Source: Octopus vulgaris (Eukaryota). From it: 64,000 nucleotides of DNA. This document shows positions 13,213 to 27,505 of this stretch, piece by piece. Made by a program: the position numbers and the translations under genes. Below the pieces are notes generated by a model. It was not told the origin of the DNA, did not search any database, and saw nothing but the letters and a program-made list of their open reading frames with translations. The stretch lies in assembly GCA_951406725.2 (NCBI GenBank), contig OX597827.1, positions 9,424,001-9,488,000 on the forward strand, in the 5' to 3' direction. The stretch's first letter is position 1; each line of letters begins with the position of its first letter.

Positions 13213-13590
13213 AGGTGCAGGGGTGGCTGTGTGGTAAGTAGCTTGCTTACCAACCACATGGTTCCGGGTTCAGTCCCACTGTGTGGCATCTTCAGCAAGT
13301 GTCTTCTACTATAGCCTTGGGCCAACCAAAGCCTTGTGAGTGGATTTGGTAGATGGAAACTGAAAGAAGCCCATGTATATGTTTGTATGTCTGTGTTTGT
13401 CCCCACCCCCAACATCACTTGACAGCCAATGTTGGTGTGTTTACGTCCCCATAACTTAGCGGTTCGGCAAGAGAGACTGATAGAATTAGTGCTAGGCTTA
13501 TAAAGAATAAGTTCTGAGGTCGATTTGTTCAACTAAAGGCGGCGCACCAGCATGGCCACAGTCAAATGACTGAAACAAATAAAAGAAAAA
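13213..13590 (+). mobile_element. SINE A
   Basis: Consensus match. Confidence 0.9.
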
Positions 13591-13636
13591 AAAGAATAAA
13601 TATATGTATGTATATGTATGTATATGTGTGTTTTTT

Positions 13637-13681
<45 letters not shown>

Positions 13682-13853
13682 ACACACATATACATAGACA
13701 TATATGTAGACATAGAGAAAGAGAATGAGGGAGAGAGAGGGATACATTGAGTAGGTCCACCGAAAGGGATTAGCTATAAGATCTGTAAAATGGACAGTTT
13801 TGAAGAAACTGGAAATTAATAAGTTGAATATATTCCATATATCATATATCATT

Positions 13854-14530
13854 ATATACCTCACGTTATTCAAAAGCCTTACACCTATTTAGGAAAAAAG
13901 GCAACGTCATCACTGTTATTAGTAATTTCAAACTCTCTTGTGATAAGGGACAGTTTAATAAAAGAACCATAAAATGGTTAAATTCTAAGGAAAGGAAAAT
14001 TTGATGAAGAAGCAGTTGGAAATGAAATCTATTTGTAGCAAAAAAGAAATGGATATTTAATATCGATGAATGATGTATACTGGGGTCAAGAGAAGGTCCC
14101 ATGAGCTTGTAGTATAAAGTAGATTTTGGACTAAGTAGTTTCATCAAATTTGGGAACAACACAAGCTTATGAAAGGAGATGACAGAGTATCATGATGCAT
14201 GGACAATGGAAATCCACGCAACCTATGGCAGAATGGAAAAATTGATTTTAAATTTATTGTCAAGGTCGTCATCATCGTCATCACTGTCATTGTCCCTACT
14301 GCTTCTGTCATCATCACTGTCATCCTCATTATCATCATCATAGTCATCGTTGTCACTCTTATCACCTTCCCTCTTGGCATTATTATCATTAGCTATATAC
14401 CTCCCGTTAATCAAAAGCCTTATGCCTATTTAGGAAAAAAAGGCAACCTCATCGCCGTTATTAGTAATTTCAAACTCTCCTGTGATAAGGGACAGTTTAA
14501 TAAAAGAACCATAAAATGGTAGAATTTTAA
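13854..14530. repeat. Local direct duplication of about 135 bp (13854-13988 and 14396-14530)
   Basis: tcaaaagcctta..cctatttaggaaaaaaggcaac...gggacagtttaataaaagaaccataaaatggt occurs twice. Confidence 0.9.
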
Positions 14531-14894
14531 AAATTTCCTTATCCTTTTATGTCATAATGAACCAGTTAAAATATTCTATAGGAAAAACATTACAATTTAT
14601 GAAAGTCATAACCTGAAGCCAAAATAATTAAATACCGGAAGAAGATAAAAAAAAAAAGAAAACAATAAGAGCAGCCATTTAGTTAATCTTCTGGAAGGAG
14701 GTTAATTATGTTCTATCTGTCTAAAAACTACTAGCTTGTAAATTTAACTGACTTAAATTCAATAAGATTTGACAATGAACTGAGGTTTACTTCTTTTGAA
14801 TTGTTTAAATATTTTCTGTGATTAGTATTAAATACAAAGAAAACTAAGTTTATTATTTTGGGAGTTGTTCTTTAAAGAGGTATGCATTTTCATT

Positions 14895-15090
14895 ATCATC
14901 ATCATCATCATCATCATCATCGTTTAACGTCCGTTCTACATGCTAGCATGGGTTGGGCGGTTCGACCAGGGATCTGGGTAGCCAGAAGGCTGCACCAGGC
15001 TCCAGTCTTATCTGGCAATGTTTCTACAGCTGGATGCCCTTCCTAACGCCAACCACTCCGTGAGTGTAGTGGGTGCTTTTTACGTGTCAC
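14895..15090 (-). mobile_element. Family C
   Basis: Consensus match with (cat)n. Confidence 0.85.
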
Positions 15091-16920
15091 GTATATCATT
15101 ATATATTAGTATATATTGTTAAATATCAGTTTTAATTGAATCGTTTTCTGCTATTCTTTTACATATTAATTCTAGCATTATCTAATTTATATTCTTATAG
15201 GTTAACCTTAGATTTTTGTAATTATATTTCAGTCAGAATGGAAAGTATTGTCCATGAAACATTGGAGAGTCTCTGAGATGGGTAAGAGGGAGAGCAAAAC
15301 TTATTCTTTAACCAAAGACCTGGCTAAAATAATTGCGAAGAACTGGACTCGGCTAAAGAGATCCAGAGTTCCAGGTGGTGGTGTTAAACTGGGTATGAAG
15401 TAAGTCTACCACTGGAGGTGGCTATGGTAGGATTTGAATGCAGAACACAAAGACCTGAGAGGTAACCAGTCTAACGTTCATACTGCATTACCAACCCAAC
15501 CCAACCCAACACTCTGGATTGATACTTTTTTTAATCAACCTAGAAATGAATTAAAACAGTTGACTTAGTGGGATTTGAACTCAGAGCATCGAGAATCATA
15601 AGAGATACTGTGATGCGTTCAATCCAATACCCTAATGACTCAGCTAATTCATAGACTGAACAGCGAGTATTCAGTTTGTTCATTTAGCGTCCATTTTTCC
15701 ATGCTAGTGTGTTCATATTTTTAGACAAAATGAAATATGTTAATATGAAGCAGAATGGATAAAGAGAGAGGTGGGTATAGAGAGAAAAAGATAGAGAGGA
15801 GGAGTAAGAGAGAGAGAGAGAGAGTGAGAAAATGAGGATGAGGGAAAGACATAACAAAAGTATGAAAATTCAATGATGTGTAGTATTATTTTCCTACATC
15901 AATTTTCCTTGTTATCACATTCTACATTGAGAAATCATTGGCTGTAAAGATGCCTCCTCGGTATATCGGCTATTGTGACCTTAGGCCAGTAAAACTAAGA
16001 GTGGTTAAAATTTTTAAAAGCTTGCTGACAATTAGGAAGAACATTAAACACTTTTAGTAGTTTTCTGAGCAACAAGAAATATTTATGGCCCATTACTGAA
16101 ATTCTAATGGCTACAACCAGGAAATATTTCTAAAAGAGGGTTAATGGCACTAGAGAAAATGGGTTTGTTACAATTTTTTTTTTTTTTTTTTACCTGTGTG
16201 TGAACTTTATTATCTCTATTTTTCAAATGCAGCTTGAAATAATATTTTTTTCTAATGTTTCCCTAAATAAAAGAATATTATTTTATTTCTGTTGCAAAAT
16301 AATTTTCTTAAGGATTATATTTTAGCCTTAAATGAAAAAAAAAAAAAAAAAAAAAAAATTCAAGACAAGAGAACGATATTCTACAGAATAAGTATTGCCC
16401 TTCAGAATCTTTTAAAATCAAGATTATTATTTTTTTAATATTTGCAACAAACTCCAAAATAAGATCAAATTTTTTTTTCTGTTCTTTCTTTTATTTCTAA
16501 CAGATAAACTTAAGATATTTCTCTGATATCAATATTTACTGTAATATTTAATAACCTCCAATTCTGCACGGCTGCAAACCAACTGTTTACTACACTGATG
16601 TACCATATTAAATCTTGCCATTATTAACTCTACTCTTCCTGTGATGTTGTTTTTCTCCCTGTATCACACGGCACTCATTTTCTGTAGCACTAGCGACACT
16701 TCTGTTTATTCAGTTAGTGTGACAATATTTAGTGAATGGATACCTTCTAAGGTATACCATGCTAATATTAGATATATCTCATGTTAAATATATTACACAG
16801 CCAGCACTAGATGCAAACATATATACATACATGCACACATATATAGACACAGACACAGACAAACATGCATGCATGCACATGTACACACACACATATACAT
16901 ACACACATATATATATATAT

Positions 16921-16999
<79 letters not shown>

Positions 17000-17181
17000 T
17001 ACACACATATATATATATAAAATATGTATATATTGTATATATAATATTTATATGTATATATATAATATTATAAATATATATGTATATAAATGTATGTATA
17101 TATATATATAAGAATATTTATGTGTGTATATATAAAATATATATATATATATGTACGTATGTATATGTTTTTTTTTTTTTT

Positions 17182-17247
<66 letters not shown>

Positions 17248-17766
17248 TTAACACTTGCAAACACGCGTACACAAACAGGTAAAAATCTTCCAATTTTAGT
17301 ATCAAAACTAGATTTGAACTTATTTTATTGATTCCTGACAAGAAACCTGTCTTTATTGCATATAGCTATTGCCCTGAAGGTCCAGAGATCTCACAAATCA
17401 CTAAAAGTTAGGAATATTAAATCTAATTGTAACACATACAAATATAGCTTGGTATGAGAAAATTTATCTCTGCTCTGTTCAAGCTTCTTGAGTAATTTAC
17501 AGTCTCTATGGGGATAAAATGTAATGTGTTGACTCCTGAACTGAGACTGCTTACAAGTGGTAACATAAAATAAAATTTCATTCTCTCTGGTGAAGCTGCA
17601 TATAGAATATAATCAAAAATATTTGGCCCAATACATGGTTGTTAATGAGAAAGACTTAGAAGAAATTCAAATTAGTGCGATACAAGGAAAGGTTCTAATA
17701 TATTTACTAATGAAAGAACAAGAAGAATAAATGAATTTCTGTATTTCTGATCCTGTGTTTTGGATT

Positions 17767-17972
17767 CACGCCGGACGAAATGCTTAGCGGTATTTCGTCT
17801 GCCGCTACGTTCTGAGTTCAAATTCTGCCGAGGTCGATTTTGCCTTTCATCCTTTTGGGGTCGATTAAATAAGTACCAGTTACGCACTGGAGTCGATATA
17901 ATCAACTTAATCCGTTTGTCTGTCCTTGTATGTCCTCTCTGTGTTTAGCACCTTGTGGATAGTAAAGAAATA
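17767..17972 (+). mobile_element. SINE B, 5'-truncated
   Basis: Consensus match. Confidence 0.88.
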
Positions 17973-18127
17973 GGATTGTTTAGTCATCTGAATTGACTGA
18001 TTATAGTCACATTGCAGTTGTATGTAACTAGCTGAGTATTCCACAGATATATCTACACAATGTAACTTTCTGGTAGTATCAGCATGACACATTATGACAA
18101 GGCTGTACCTTATACACTCAAAAGAGC

Positions 18128-18780
18128 TTTAACCCTATAGCATTCAGATTATTCTGTCAAATGTAAATACTTGCGTATTCACATTGTTTTGAGTTTATCA
18201 TGAACTATCTTGTAGCTTCAATATTTTGATAATATCGTTGTTTATTTTTAGCATGACATTGTAGGGTATGTGTGAAAGGCCATCATCATCATTGTTCGAC
18301 CGTGGTCGAGACAATGGAATTTACCATGCTATGCCAGACTTCATGGTCCATCATGGCATTATGGAGGTCCTGTTGCTGGATGCCTGTATCCCTGGAGATT
18401 ACATCAGGGTAGGAGAGTGTGCGCCCTCTGGTATTGCGAGCAGATGGCTTCCAGAGGAGAAGAGTAGAAATTGCCTCGTTTTCAGCTCTACAACAATGTC
18501 CAGCAAACTGGACTCTCCTACCTTTCACAAGAGATGACACAGGTGGTAGTTTCCCATATATTTGCATTTTGGTTGGATGACGCTTCCATGAGAGATTTTG
18601 AGCTCTCATAAGGAGGCGAGTGTAGGTTCCATCCAACCGCCTCTCAAGCTTCTTTGATAACGTCCAGGTTTCTGAGCCATATAGTAGAATTGGTTCGAAA
18701 GGCCAGATCTAGATATTTTTAGAGTAAAGCAGTTAGAATATTTTGGCTGGATATGGCCAGTCTAAATGCTAAATGGTTAA
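18128..18780. mobile_element. TTAA-flanked MITE interrupted by an RTE fragment
   Basis: ttaaccctatagcatt ... aatgctaaatggttaa; reverse of the family at 48502-49627. Confidence 0.75.
18283..18696 (-). mobile_element. RTE-clade LINE 3' end, 9-bp TSD
   Basis: Open frame EPILLYGSETWTLSKKLERRLDGTYTRLL...RRVQFAGHCCR...EVWHSMV; (TGA)n tail; TSD gaaaggcca at 18274-18282 and 18697-18705. Confidence 0.92.
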
Positions 18781-19931
18781 GATACCCCTAAGGCTTCCTT
18801 TGTATCTGTAAACTTGCTGAACTTGCTAGCCTTGTGCCAAAATTTGAGAAACACTTTTGTCAAAATCCTAACTACACCCATGTTATATTTCCTGTGAAAC
18901 GTACAACCAATCATTAGTGTTGTATATCATTATGAGATGTATTAGCCATTAATTATTTGATTCGCAATATAGTTAATGAAGTTGTTTTAATAGAAATATT
19001 TGAGAGACACAAAGTTTAAGTTTGATTCTCTTAAATCAGCATTTTTAAAATTTACTTTTCAAAACTCTTCCAAAATATTTCTTTCACCTTACAGAAAAAA
19101 AAAAAAAACGTAAGAAGAGAAGAAAAAAAGATAAACTTCTGCATAAAAGATATAAAAAGGACAGACTGACATCTTGGAGTACTTCACATCAGAAAAGATA
19201 AAGAAAAAATATTCAGGTATTACAAAAAAATTGAGTTAAACTTTACACACAGTATATGTAACATTCATAGGAACATAAAAAAAACATAAGAATTCCAAGT
19301 TGAAATAAAAACAATACGCAGAATATGGGGATATAGCTTGAAGTACAAAAAGTTTTTCATTAGATATTCAAGAACTGATCAAAGAGAAAATATCTTCTAC
19401 TAAACTTAATCCAAAATATATATATATTTTTTTCCAAAAATGGCTCATGTTGGTTTCTGAAGTATTTTTTCTTGAAGCATTGTTAGATTATATGACAGAT
19501 ATTTTAATGGAAAAAAAAATGTTTAAAAATATAAAAGAAGCTTTTTTTGTTTTTGTTAAAAGGAAGGGTTTTATGTTTCTATTCTAAAATAGTAAGAACT
19601 GAGTATCCCATTTTCTAAACTATAATTTAGAAGCAAAACTCTTCTAGTATTAAGGATTTCGTTCTAAGATAAATATTAGAACATGAGTCATTTTAATTCT
19701 TTAAGAACACACAAAACTGTTTTCTATATCCACTGTTCATTTAGTTCTTAGTTTATTAAAAACATAATCACACTTCTGGAATCTAGTCATTGGTACAATT
19801 TTCTTGCTTCTGAACTTACTTCTAGGTTATTCTATCAAACACTTTTAGTCAAACAAACCAACTCTGATAGTAAAACAACCAGTGACAAATACAAAAGCAG
19901 GCATGGACACAAACAAACAGACACACATATA

Positions 19932-20152
19932 TATTTCTTTACTACCCACAACGGGCTAAACACAGAGGGGGGGACAAACAAGGACAGACAAAGAGATTAA
20001 TTCGATTACATCGACCCCAGTGCGTAACTGGTACTTAGTTTATCGACTCTGAAAGGATGAAAGGCAAAGTCGACCTCGGCGGAATTTGAACTCGGAACGT
20101 AACGACAGACGAAATACTGCTACGAATTACGCCCGGCGTGCTAACGTTTCTA
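19932..20152 (-). mobile_element. SINE B
   Basis: Consensus match. Confidence 0.88.
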
Positions 20153-21436
20153 CCATATAAACGCACAATACACTTGCACACACATACACAATGGGCTTCA
20201 CACAGTTTCTATCTATTTTATTATTCATTTGGAAGACATTGGTCAGTTAACTTGGGGTTACACTAAAAAATACTTGCTCAAGGTGCTGCACAATGAGTCA
20301 CTGAATCCAGAGCCATGTGGTTGCAAAGCAACTTTTAAACATACAGCTTTGTCTGATCCTTGTATAAAACATTTTATTTCTGATGACACAACAGCAAATG
20401 CCTTTAGATTTATACATTTAAAATGATATATTACTTACTCTCCCTCACTCGAACACTGAGAGAAGTATTCTTACTATTGTGGTTACAACAGATAACAGTC
20501 GCTGCTCATCAGTAGTTAGTGTTTGTTAATGGGTGTATGTGTGGATACGGTAAAGGATCAGTATGGTAAATGACTGACAACAAATGTTCTAATGATGTGG
20601 AAATAATTGAAAAAATAGAACAATGCAGGCAAAGCTTTACAGGGGAAAATTAAGGAAGAAATAGGTGACAAGATATTGAATGGAAAAGAATGAAACGCAA
20701 ATGGAGAAATGGTACAAAAAAAAGTGTTAAATGAAGAAAAGATGTTTTGATCTAACTGTTGACAATGAAAGCTGAACATCCCACATGATGAAAGCAAGAA
20801 CTCACTTGACAACAATTAGGAAATGAAATAAAAAACAAAAGTGATTTCTATTATTACAGGGAAGGGTAAGAAATGATTGAGTCTGGTTGTAAGGAGAAAA
20901 TGATTAGCGTTAGCAGTAACGACAATTCAAAATGGAGTTAAATTGCATTTTTTTTTTTTTTTTTTATTGTAATACCGTGTTTGTATCAGACTAGTTTTTT
21001 TTCCTCCCCAACCCAATTTATTTCGGCGTATTTCATGATAGAAGCATTCAGGAAAACGATATAATTAGAAGGAAAACATTCTACTTAAACAGAGTAAAAA
21101 AAAAAAAAAAAAAGTTAATAGAAGTACTAATAGGGAGAAGGAAAGCAATAAAACAAAACAGAAACATAAATATTTGATGGAATTGAATGAGTTGAAAATT
21201 GGAATTGATAAAGTTGAAAATGAAGCAAGAGAGAAATAAAGAAAATTGGAATGGAGGAGAAGTTCTTATTTAAATGCTAAGGATGGATGGAAAGATGTTG
21301 AGCAACATAATCTAAGAATGGCATAAAGAATGGAAATATGATACTACAGAGAGAACACTTATGGAATCATCATCAATATCATTTAGCATATATACATATA
21401 TATATATATAGACATATGTATATATATATATATATA

Positions 21437-21685
21437 TGGCACATAAAAAGCACCAACCGATCGTGGCCGTTTGCCAGCCTCTCCTGGCACCTGTGCCGGT
21501 GGCACGTAAAAAGCACCCACTACACTCACGGAGTGGTTGGCGTTAGGAAGGGCATCCAGCTGTAGAAACATTGCAAGATCAGACTGGGGCCTGGTGCAGC
21601 CTCCTGGCTTCCCAGACCCTGGTCGAACTGTCCAACCCATGCTAGCATGAAAAACGGACGTTAAACGATGATGATGATGATGATG
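21437..21685 (+). mobile_element. Family C
   Basis: Consensus match ending cggacgttaaac(gat)n. Confidence 0.87.
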
Positions 21686-22171
21686 TGTATATATATATGC
21701 ATGTATGTATATATATACATGCATATATTTATGCCTATATCAATACGAGTATGTATGTGTGTATATTTATATATATATATGTATAATGGCAGTGCCCCAG
21801 TATGGCCCCAGCCTCAAGGCTGAAACATATAAAAGAATATGTTCAAAGTATTGATAATGGCCACTTGAATGTGGCTGTCCGCTAAGAGACGATGATATTC
21901 CTATTTAACACCAGGAAGACATCTCTAGCTGGTTTATCCAGAGCACTTATTGCAATTGGTATTTATTGCGAGCTGAGGATAACTCCTGCTATTCCTGGCT
22001 CCAAGACCACCAGACCATGTAGATTCGATCTGTATTGGCTCCCTTTGGTGGTGGGTTCTTGTTTGCTAGGCATGGCAGCAGTTTAACCTCAGTTGCAATA
22101 TATAGAAAACACAGGGTCATACAATCACTGATTTTGTAACTAGGAAACTAATCAGTTAGAAAATCTCTATA

Positions 22172-22222
<51 letters not shown>

Positions 22223-22269
22223 TTATATATAAATATGCACGCATATATATATATATGTATGTATAACAC

Positions 22270-22482
22270 AAGGGGTACTAAAAAGTTCCTGGTTTTAAGG
22301 GAATTTTGAAAGGCCTGGTTGGAGGCCCAACCTTCTGAGTTCTTTTACAGGGCTTAGAAAAACTGAAGGACTGCTGCAATAAGTGTGAATTTGAGAGGGG
22401 AATATGGTGAATAAAATCATAATAAACTGATCCTCATGTATCTTTTGTTACCCAAAGCCAGGAATTTTTCAGCACCCCATCA
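22270..22482 (+). mobile_element. Mariner-derived MITE
   Basis: TIRs ggggtactaaaaagttcctgg / ccaggaatttttcagcacccc; relic transposase end GLEKLKDCCNKC..RGEY..; relatives at 59297 and 60446. Confidence 0.75.
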
Positions 22483-22560
22483 TATATGAGTATATATGTA
22501 TATGTGTGAGCACACGCATTCACGTGCACGTGTGTGTGTGTGTGCTTGTGTGTCTATGTG

Positions 22561-22591
<31 letters not shown>

Positions 22592-23373
22592 GCATAGAAG
22601 GCATAGAAAAATGTATCTGGCATTTGTGCTCGTATACATTATATAAAGCATGTTTTGGGTGCTCATTTATTTCTTCACATGAGTGTATCCAGAGTTATGA
22701 TAGATGTCGTCAAACATCATTGAGCATAGAAATGGAATGAGGAACATTCCTACAGAGCCCAAACATTTGGCAACATATCATGCTTTTTGGTCCACCGTGT
22801 AAAGTATATGTTATATATGTGTGTCTATGCATGCATGTACACATTAGTATATCTTGATGCCATACACTTCACCAGGCACTTTTGTCTCAGTGTCTAAATG
22901 ATAATTTCACTCCTGTTCACATGTTTTGTTGCAACTATTTTATTCAAATAAAAATAGGTTATTTGAATTGCTACTAATGTATGTCGTATATTAGAAAATT
23001 ATCTCAAAAGAAATTATTGATATTTCAAATGCATTTAATATGTTTGTTTCAATTGGTTACATAACAACTTTCTATTTCAGTGCAAGTACTATTATCAGTT
23101 CATTACAAATAAAACATGCTAATGGAAAAAAGTTTGCTTCAACATATGTGTAGTAGGCAGGAAAAATTCACATATAACCAGAGTAAGATACATAGTAAGA
23201 AAGAAAGAAAGAAAAAGATAAGAGAGGCATGAGTTTATAAAGAAGAACAAAATATACCCAATATAGATTTAGAAAACAAGAGTAACTAATGTAAGATAGA
23301 GATTTATTTTCTCTTACTATTGAGAGATTTTGTGAATTTCTATCTTATAGCTGATTACATGTCATGTGCATAA

Positions 23374-23433
<60 letters not shown>

Positions 23434-23438
<5 letters not shown>

Positions 23439-23638
23439 ATCCAAACAAGAAAGTACAAAAAAACTCAACAACGCAAGGACGTGGAACAAATATAGTATTA
23501 TTGGACGCTCAGGAAAGAAGGAAAGAAGGAGGGTTTAACGTTTCGAGCGGAGCTCTTTGTCGGAAACATAGGAGAAGGAAAGATCCAGAGAAGGGAAGAC
23601 AGAGGAAAAAAAATCGCCAACGGTACACACACGGTCAC

Positions 23639-23691
<53 letters not shown>

Positions 23692-23945
23692 TGTATGTAT
23701 GTATGTATGTATGTATGTATATATATATATATATATATAGTTAATCCAAACAAGAAAGCACAAAAAAACACAACAACGCGAGGACATGGAACAAATATAG
23801 TATTATTGGATGCTCAGGAAAGAAGGAAAGAAGGAGGGTTTAATGTTTCGAGCAGAGCTCTTCATCGGAAACATAGGAGAAGGAAAGATCCAGAGAAGGG
23901 AAGACAGAGAAAAAGAAATCGCCAACAGTACACACACGGTCACAT
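23434..23945 (-). mobile_element. Two tandem P1 modules (23434-23640, 23740-23945), each with an HHR motif
   Basis: HHR-like at 23533-23567 and 23838-23872; spacer is (TA)n(TATG)n. Confidence 0.75.
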
Positions 23946-24411
23946 ATATATATATGCATACATATACATGCAGAGAAACGGGGAGAGGGAGCGAAAGAGA
24001 GAGATAGATATATATATCATTCTCATTCTCCATCATTTTAACGTCCCCTCTTCCATGCCTACATGGGTTCAACAGAATTTATGGGGGAAGATTTTCCACA
24101 GCCAGATGCTCATCACGTTGCTGGCCTACACATGCTTCAACGCAATATAATATTACTACATTTACCGGATGTGCCTTTTTTTTAACGTTTTTAATGAATG
24201 ACATCGCTTGTATGACAGTGACACTCATTTACAGTCTTTATGCAATATAAAGAGGCGACACAAACATATACACACTCACATACATAAGTCCCATATATGT
24301 ATATATATACATATATGGTTGACCCCCCCCCTCTTCAAAGACGATGTATGAGCATTCAGCTTTTGCAAAACGACCTGCACAAATGATTTGTTTATAGTGA
24401 TTAAATGTATG

Positions 24412-24873
24412 TGCACTGAGAATAGTTAAAATATTTTTTTTATGAATATATTCAATGCTTTAACTGGTTTTACAATTTACACTGATTTTCAAAAAGTTGA
24501 AATAGAAAGACGTGGCTTATGTCGCAGCCTCTTGCTTCTCACTAATGTTTAAAGGCTGCCCTGTTATTATAGGGAGTTCATGGCTCAAATTAGTATATGT
24601 TTTGAATAGGATTTGATTGGTAGAGGATAGTCACATGACTATCTTCGAAATTTTTGTAGGTTCCCCCTGCTACATCCTTGTCTTAGTATTAAGTGACGAT
24701 GTTTGGTGTCATGCCCTAAAAATAGGGCAAGCTTCAAACACTAGTCAGAAGCAAGACAGTTGCGACATAAGCCACGTTTTTCCATTCCAACTGTTTGGAA
24801 ATCAGTGTAAACTGTGAAAGTGGTCAAATCTTTAAAGATATTGATAAAAAATATTTTAAGTATTCTCAGTGCA
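24412..24873. mobile_element. Fold-back MITE with imperfect TIRs of about 160 bp
   Basis: tgcactgagaata...acgtggcttatgtcgca versus tgcgacataagccacgt...tattctcagtgca. Confidence 0.8.
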
Positions 24874-24935
24874 TTTTCAACTTCTAATTTTCCTATATTT
24901 CTACCTGTGTGGAATAAAATAAATTTGTTTTCTAC

Positions 24936-24977
<42 letters not shown>

Positions 24978-25202
24978 TTGTGTTCTTTCAGTTTCTGTCC
25001 ACCAACTGCACTTGCAAGTCTTAGGTCAGCTTGGTCTATAGTAGAAGACACTTGCCCAAGTTGCCATGCTGTGAAATTGAACCTGCAGCCAAGAGGTTGG
25101 GAAGAGAACTTCTCAAGCACACAGCCATGCCTGTCCCTATAACCAAGACTGCAAAACTGTTGTTATCCCCACACCACAGTCTAAATACCTATGTCTCTCA
25201 AT

Positions 25203-25237
<35 letters not shown>

Positions 25238-25239
25238 GC

Positions 25240-25295
<56 letters not shown>

Positions 25296-25994
25296 GATAA
25301 GCTTGTGTAATCTGCATTCTAATTCTAAAGACTTTCTTTTTATTTCTGTTGATATGAATACATTATCATAATGCGTTGTATTGGCAATTAGCCAATGACA
25401 CTATCACATGGCCTGCTGAATCTCTATCACACCAGCTGAACACTGTTCTTCAATTCATTTGTTTTGTATAGTTTATATTCCATTTTTATATCTTTAAAAT
25501 ATTTCAGCACATTTATATTATGTTTTTTTTTTTTTTTTTTTGTGTGTGCATGATTCCATATTGACATCCAACTAGATTTAAACATTAACAAGCACTAAAC
25601 TTTGTCAAATGTCAGCAACATTTAACTGTAGGGATAAGTTTTGTTTTATTATATTTACAGAAATTTGTTGTTTGCTCTCTAAACCAGCAGACCTACAATA
25701 AAATGAGCTCTTGCTGTGATCATCTCTGTTTATATTTTTATGTAACTGTAATATCATAATCTCTGCCAATTTTTGAAGATAGCAGAGAAAAAAATTTGAG
25801 GGAAATCTGCTGCTATTTTTAGCAGGTCAAGCAACCGTATAGAGGTGCCCCTCCCTCCACCCCATCTTTATCATTGGTTCATAATAAATGTTGATGCTGT
25901 TATTGAACTCAAACTCATTCCTGTTTTGAACTAAAATTAGAATTAAACCTGCAGGGGAGGAAGGAAATTGTTCACAATTTTCCTGACAGCATAC

Positions 25995-26065
25995 CATCAT
26001 CGTTGTTGTCATCATCATCATCATCATCGTCATCATCATCGTCATCATCATCATCATCATCATCG

Positions 26066-26109
<44 letters not shown>

Positions 26110-26220
26110 GTCGTCATCATCATCATCATCATCATTATCATCATTATCATCCTTATCATCATCGTCGTCGTCGTCATCATCATCATCATCATCGTCATCA
26201 TCATCATCATCATCATCATC

Positions 26221-26254
<34 letters not shown>

Positions 26255-26420
26255 ACATTTAATGTCCATTTTCCATGCTGGCATGAGTTAGATGGCTTGA
26301 CAGGAATTGGCAAGACCAGAGCCCACACCACGTTCCATTGTCTGTTTTGGCTTGGTTTCTACAGCCGGATGCCCTTCATGATGCCAGCCACTCCACAGAA
26401 TGTAATGGGTGTTTTTACAT
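25995..26420 (-). mobile_element. Family C (old) with about 260-bp expanded (CAT)n tail
   Basis: (cat)n then tttaatgtccattttccatgctggcatg. Confidence 0.8.
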
Positions 26421-26802
26421 TACACCATCACCAGTGCTTTTGGCATGGTACCAGCACCAGTGCTTTTTTTCAATGTGGTGCCAGCACCCACACCAATTAC
26501 TTTTTATGTGGCATCATGGTTTTAGGATTCTAATTCTTTTGTGGTGGGCAGGTATTTTCAAGTACAGCAATGCACCATATATCTCGGCCCTCCGTCATCT
26601 CCTTCCTAATGCTCAGCATTTTGAGACCAGCTTTCAATGCTTTGTCTTCCTGGGTTTCCCATTTCCACAACTTTTAAATCACGAGCTTGTAAACCATGGT
26701 GGTCTTATGAAGCTAATTCTCTCTCTTGCAGGCTTATAGTTTGGTGCTAAGAAAATTTTTCAATTCTTGCATTTATCAAATATGGTGTCAACGGTAGTTT
26801 CT

Positions 26803-27036
26803 TATTTCTTTATTGCCCACAAGGGGCTAAACATAGAGGGGACAAACAAGGACAGACAAACGGATTAAGTCGATTATATTGACCCCAGTGGGTAACTGGT
26901 ACTTAATTTATCGACCCCCGAAAGGATGAATGGCAAAGTCAACTCTGGTGGAATTTGAACTCAGAACGTAACGGCGGACAAAATACCACTATGCATTTTG
27001 CCCGGCATGCTAACGTTGTTGCCAGCTCGTCGCCTT
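26803..27036 (-). mobile_element. SINE B
   Basis: Consensus match; flanking direct repeat ggtagtttct. Confidence 0.88.
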
Positions 27037-27114
27037 TATGATGACAATGGTAGTTTCTTGTCATCCAAGAAATACAGTTCTGTAATTCCTTTTTGAACAA
27101 GCTGCACAAATGAC

Positions 27115-27505
27115 TTACTCTTTTACTTGTTTCAGTCATTTGACTTCGGCCATGCTGGAGCATCGCCTTTAGTCGAGCAAATCGACCCTGAGACTTATTC
27201 TTTGTAAGCCCAGTACTTATTCTATCAGTCTATTTTGCCGAACCGCTAGGTAACGGGGATGTAAACACGCCAGCATCGGTTGTCAAGCAATGCTAGGGGG
27301 ACAAACACAGGCACACAAACGCATATATATATACATATATACGACAGGCTTCTTTCAGTTTCCGTCTACCAAATCCACTCACAAGGCCTTGGTCGGCCCG
27401 GGGTTATAGCAGAAGACACTTGCCCAATATGCCACGCAGTGGGACTGAACCCGGAACTATGTGGCTGGTAAGCAAGCTACTTACCACACAGCCACTCCTG
27501 TGCCT
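27115..27505 (-). mobile_element. SINE A
   Basis: Consensus match. Confidence 0.9.

Noticed and set aside
12568-13532. Recurrent peptides FQSFDCGHAGAPP, PRSGTEPGTMWLVSK
   Set aside because: Translations of SINE A, found in every copy on either strand
21850-22090. GC-richer unique segment with a 64-aa ORF
   Set aside because: No convincing splice pair or recognisable protein
25827-26533. Poly-His, poly-Ser, poly-Asp and poly-Met ORFs
   Set aside because: Expanded (CAT)n tail of a family C retroposon
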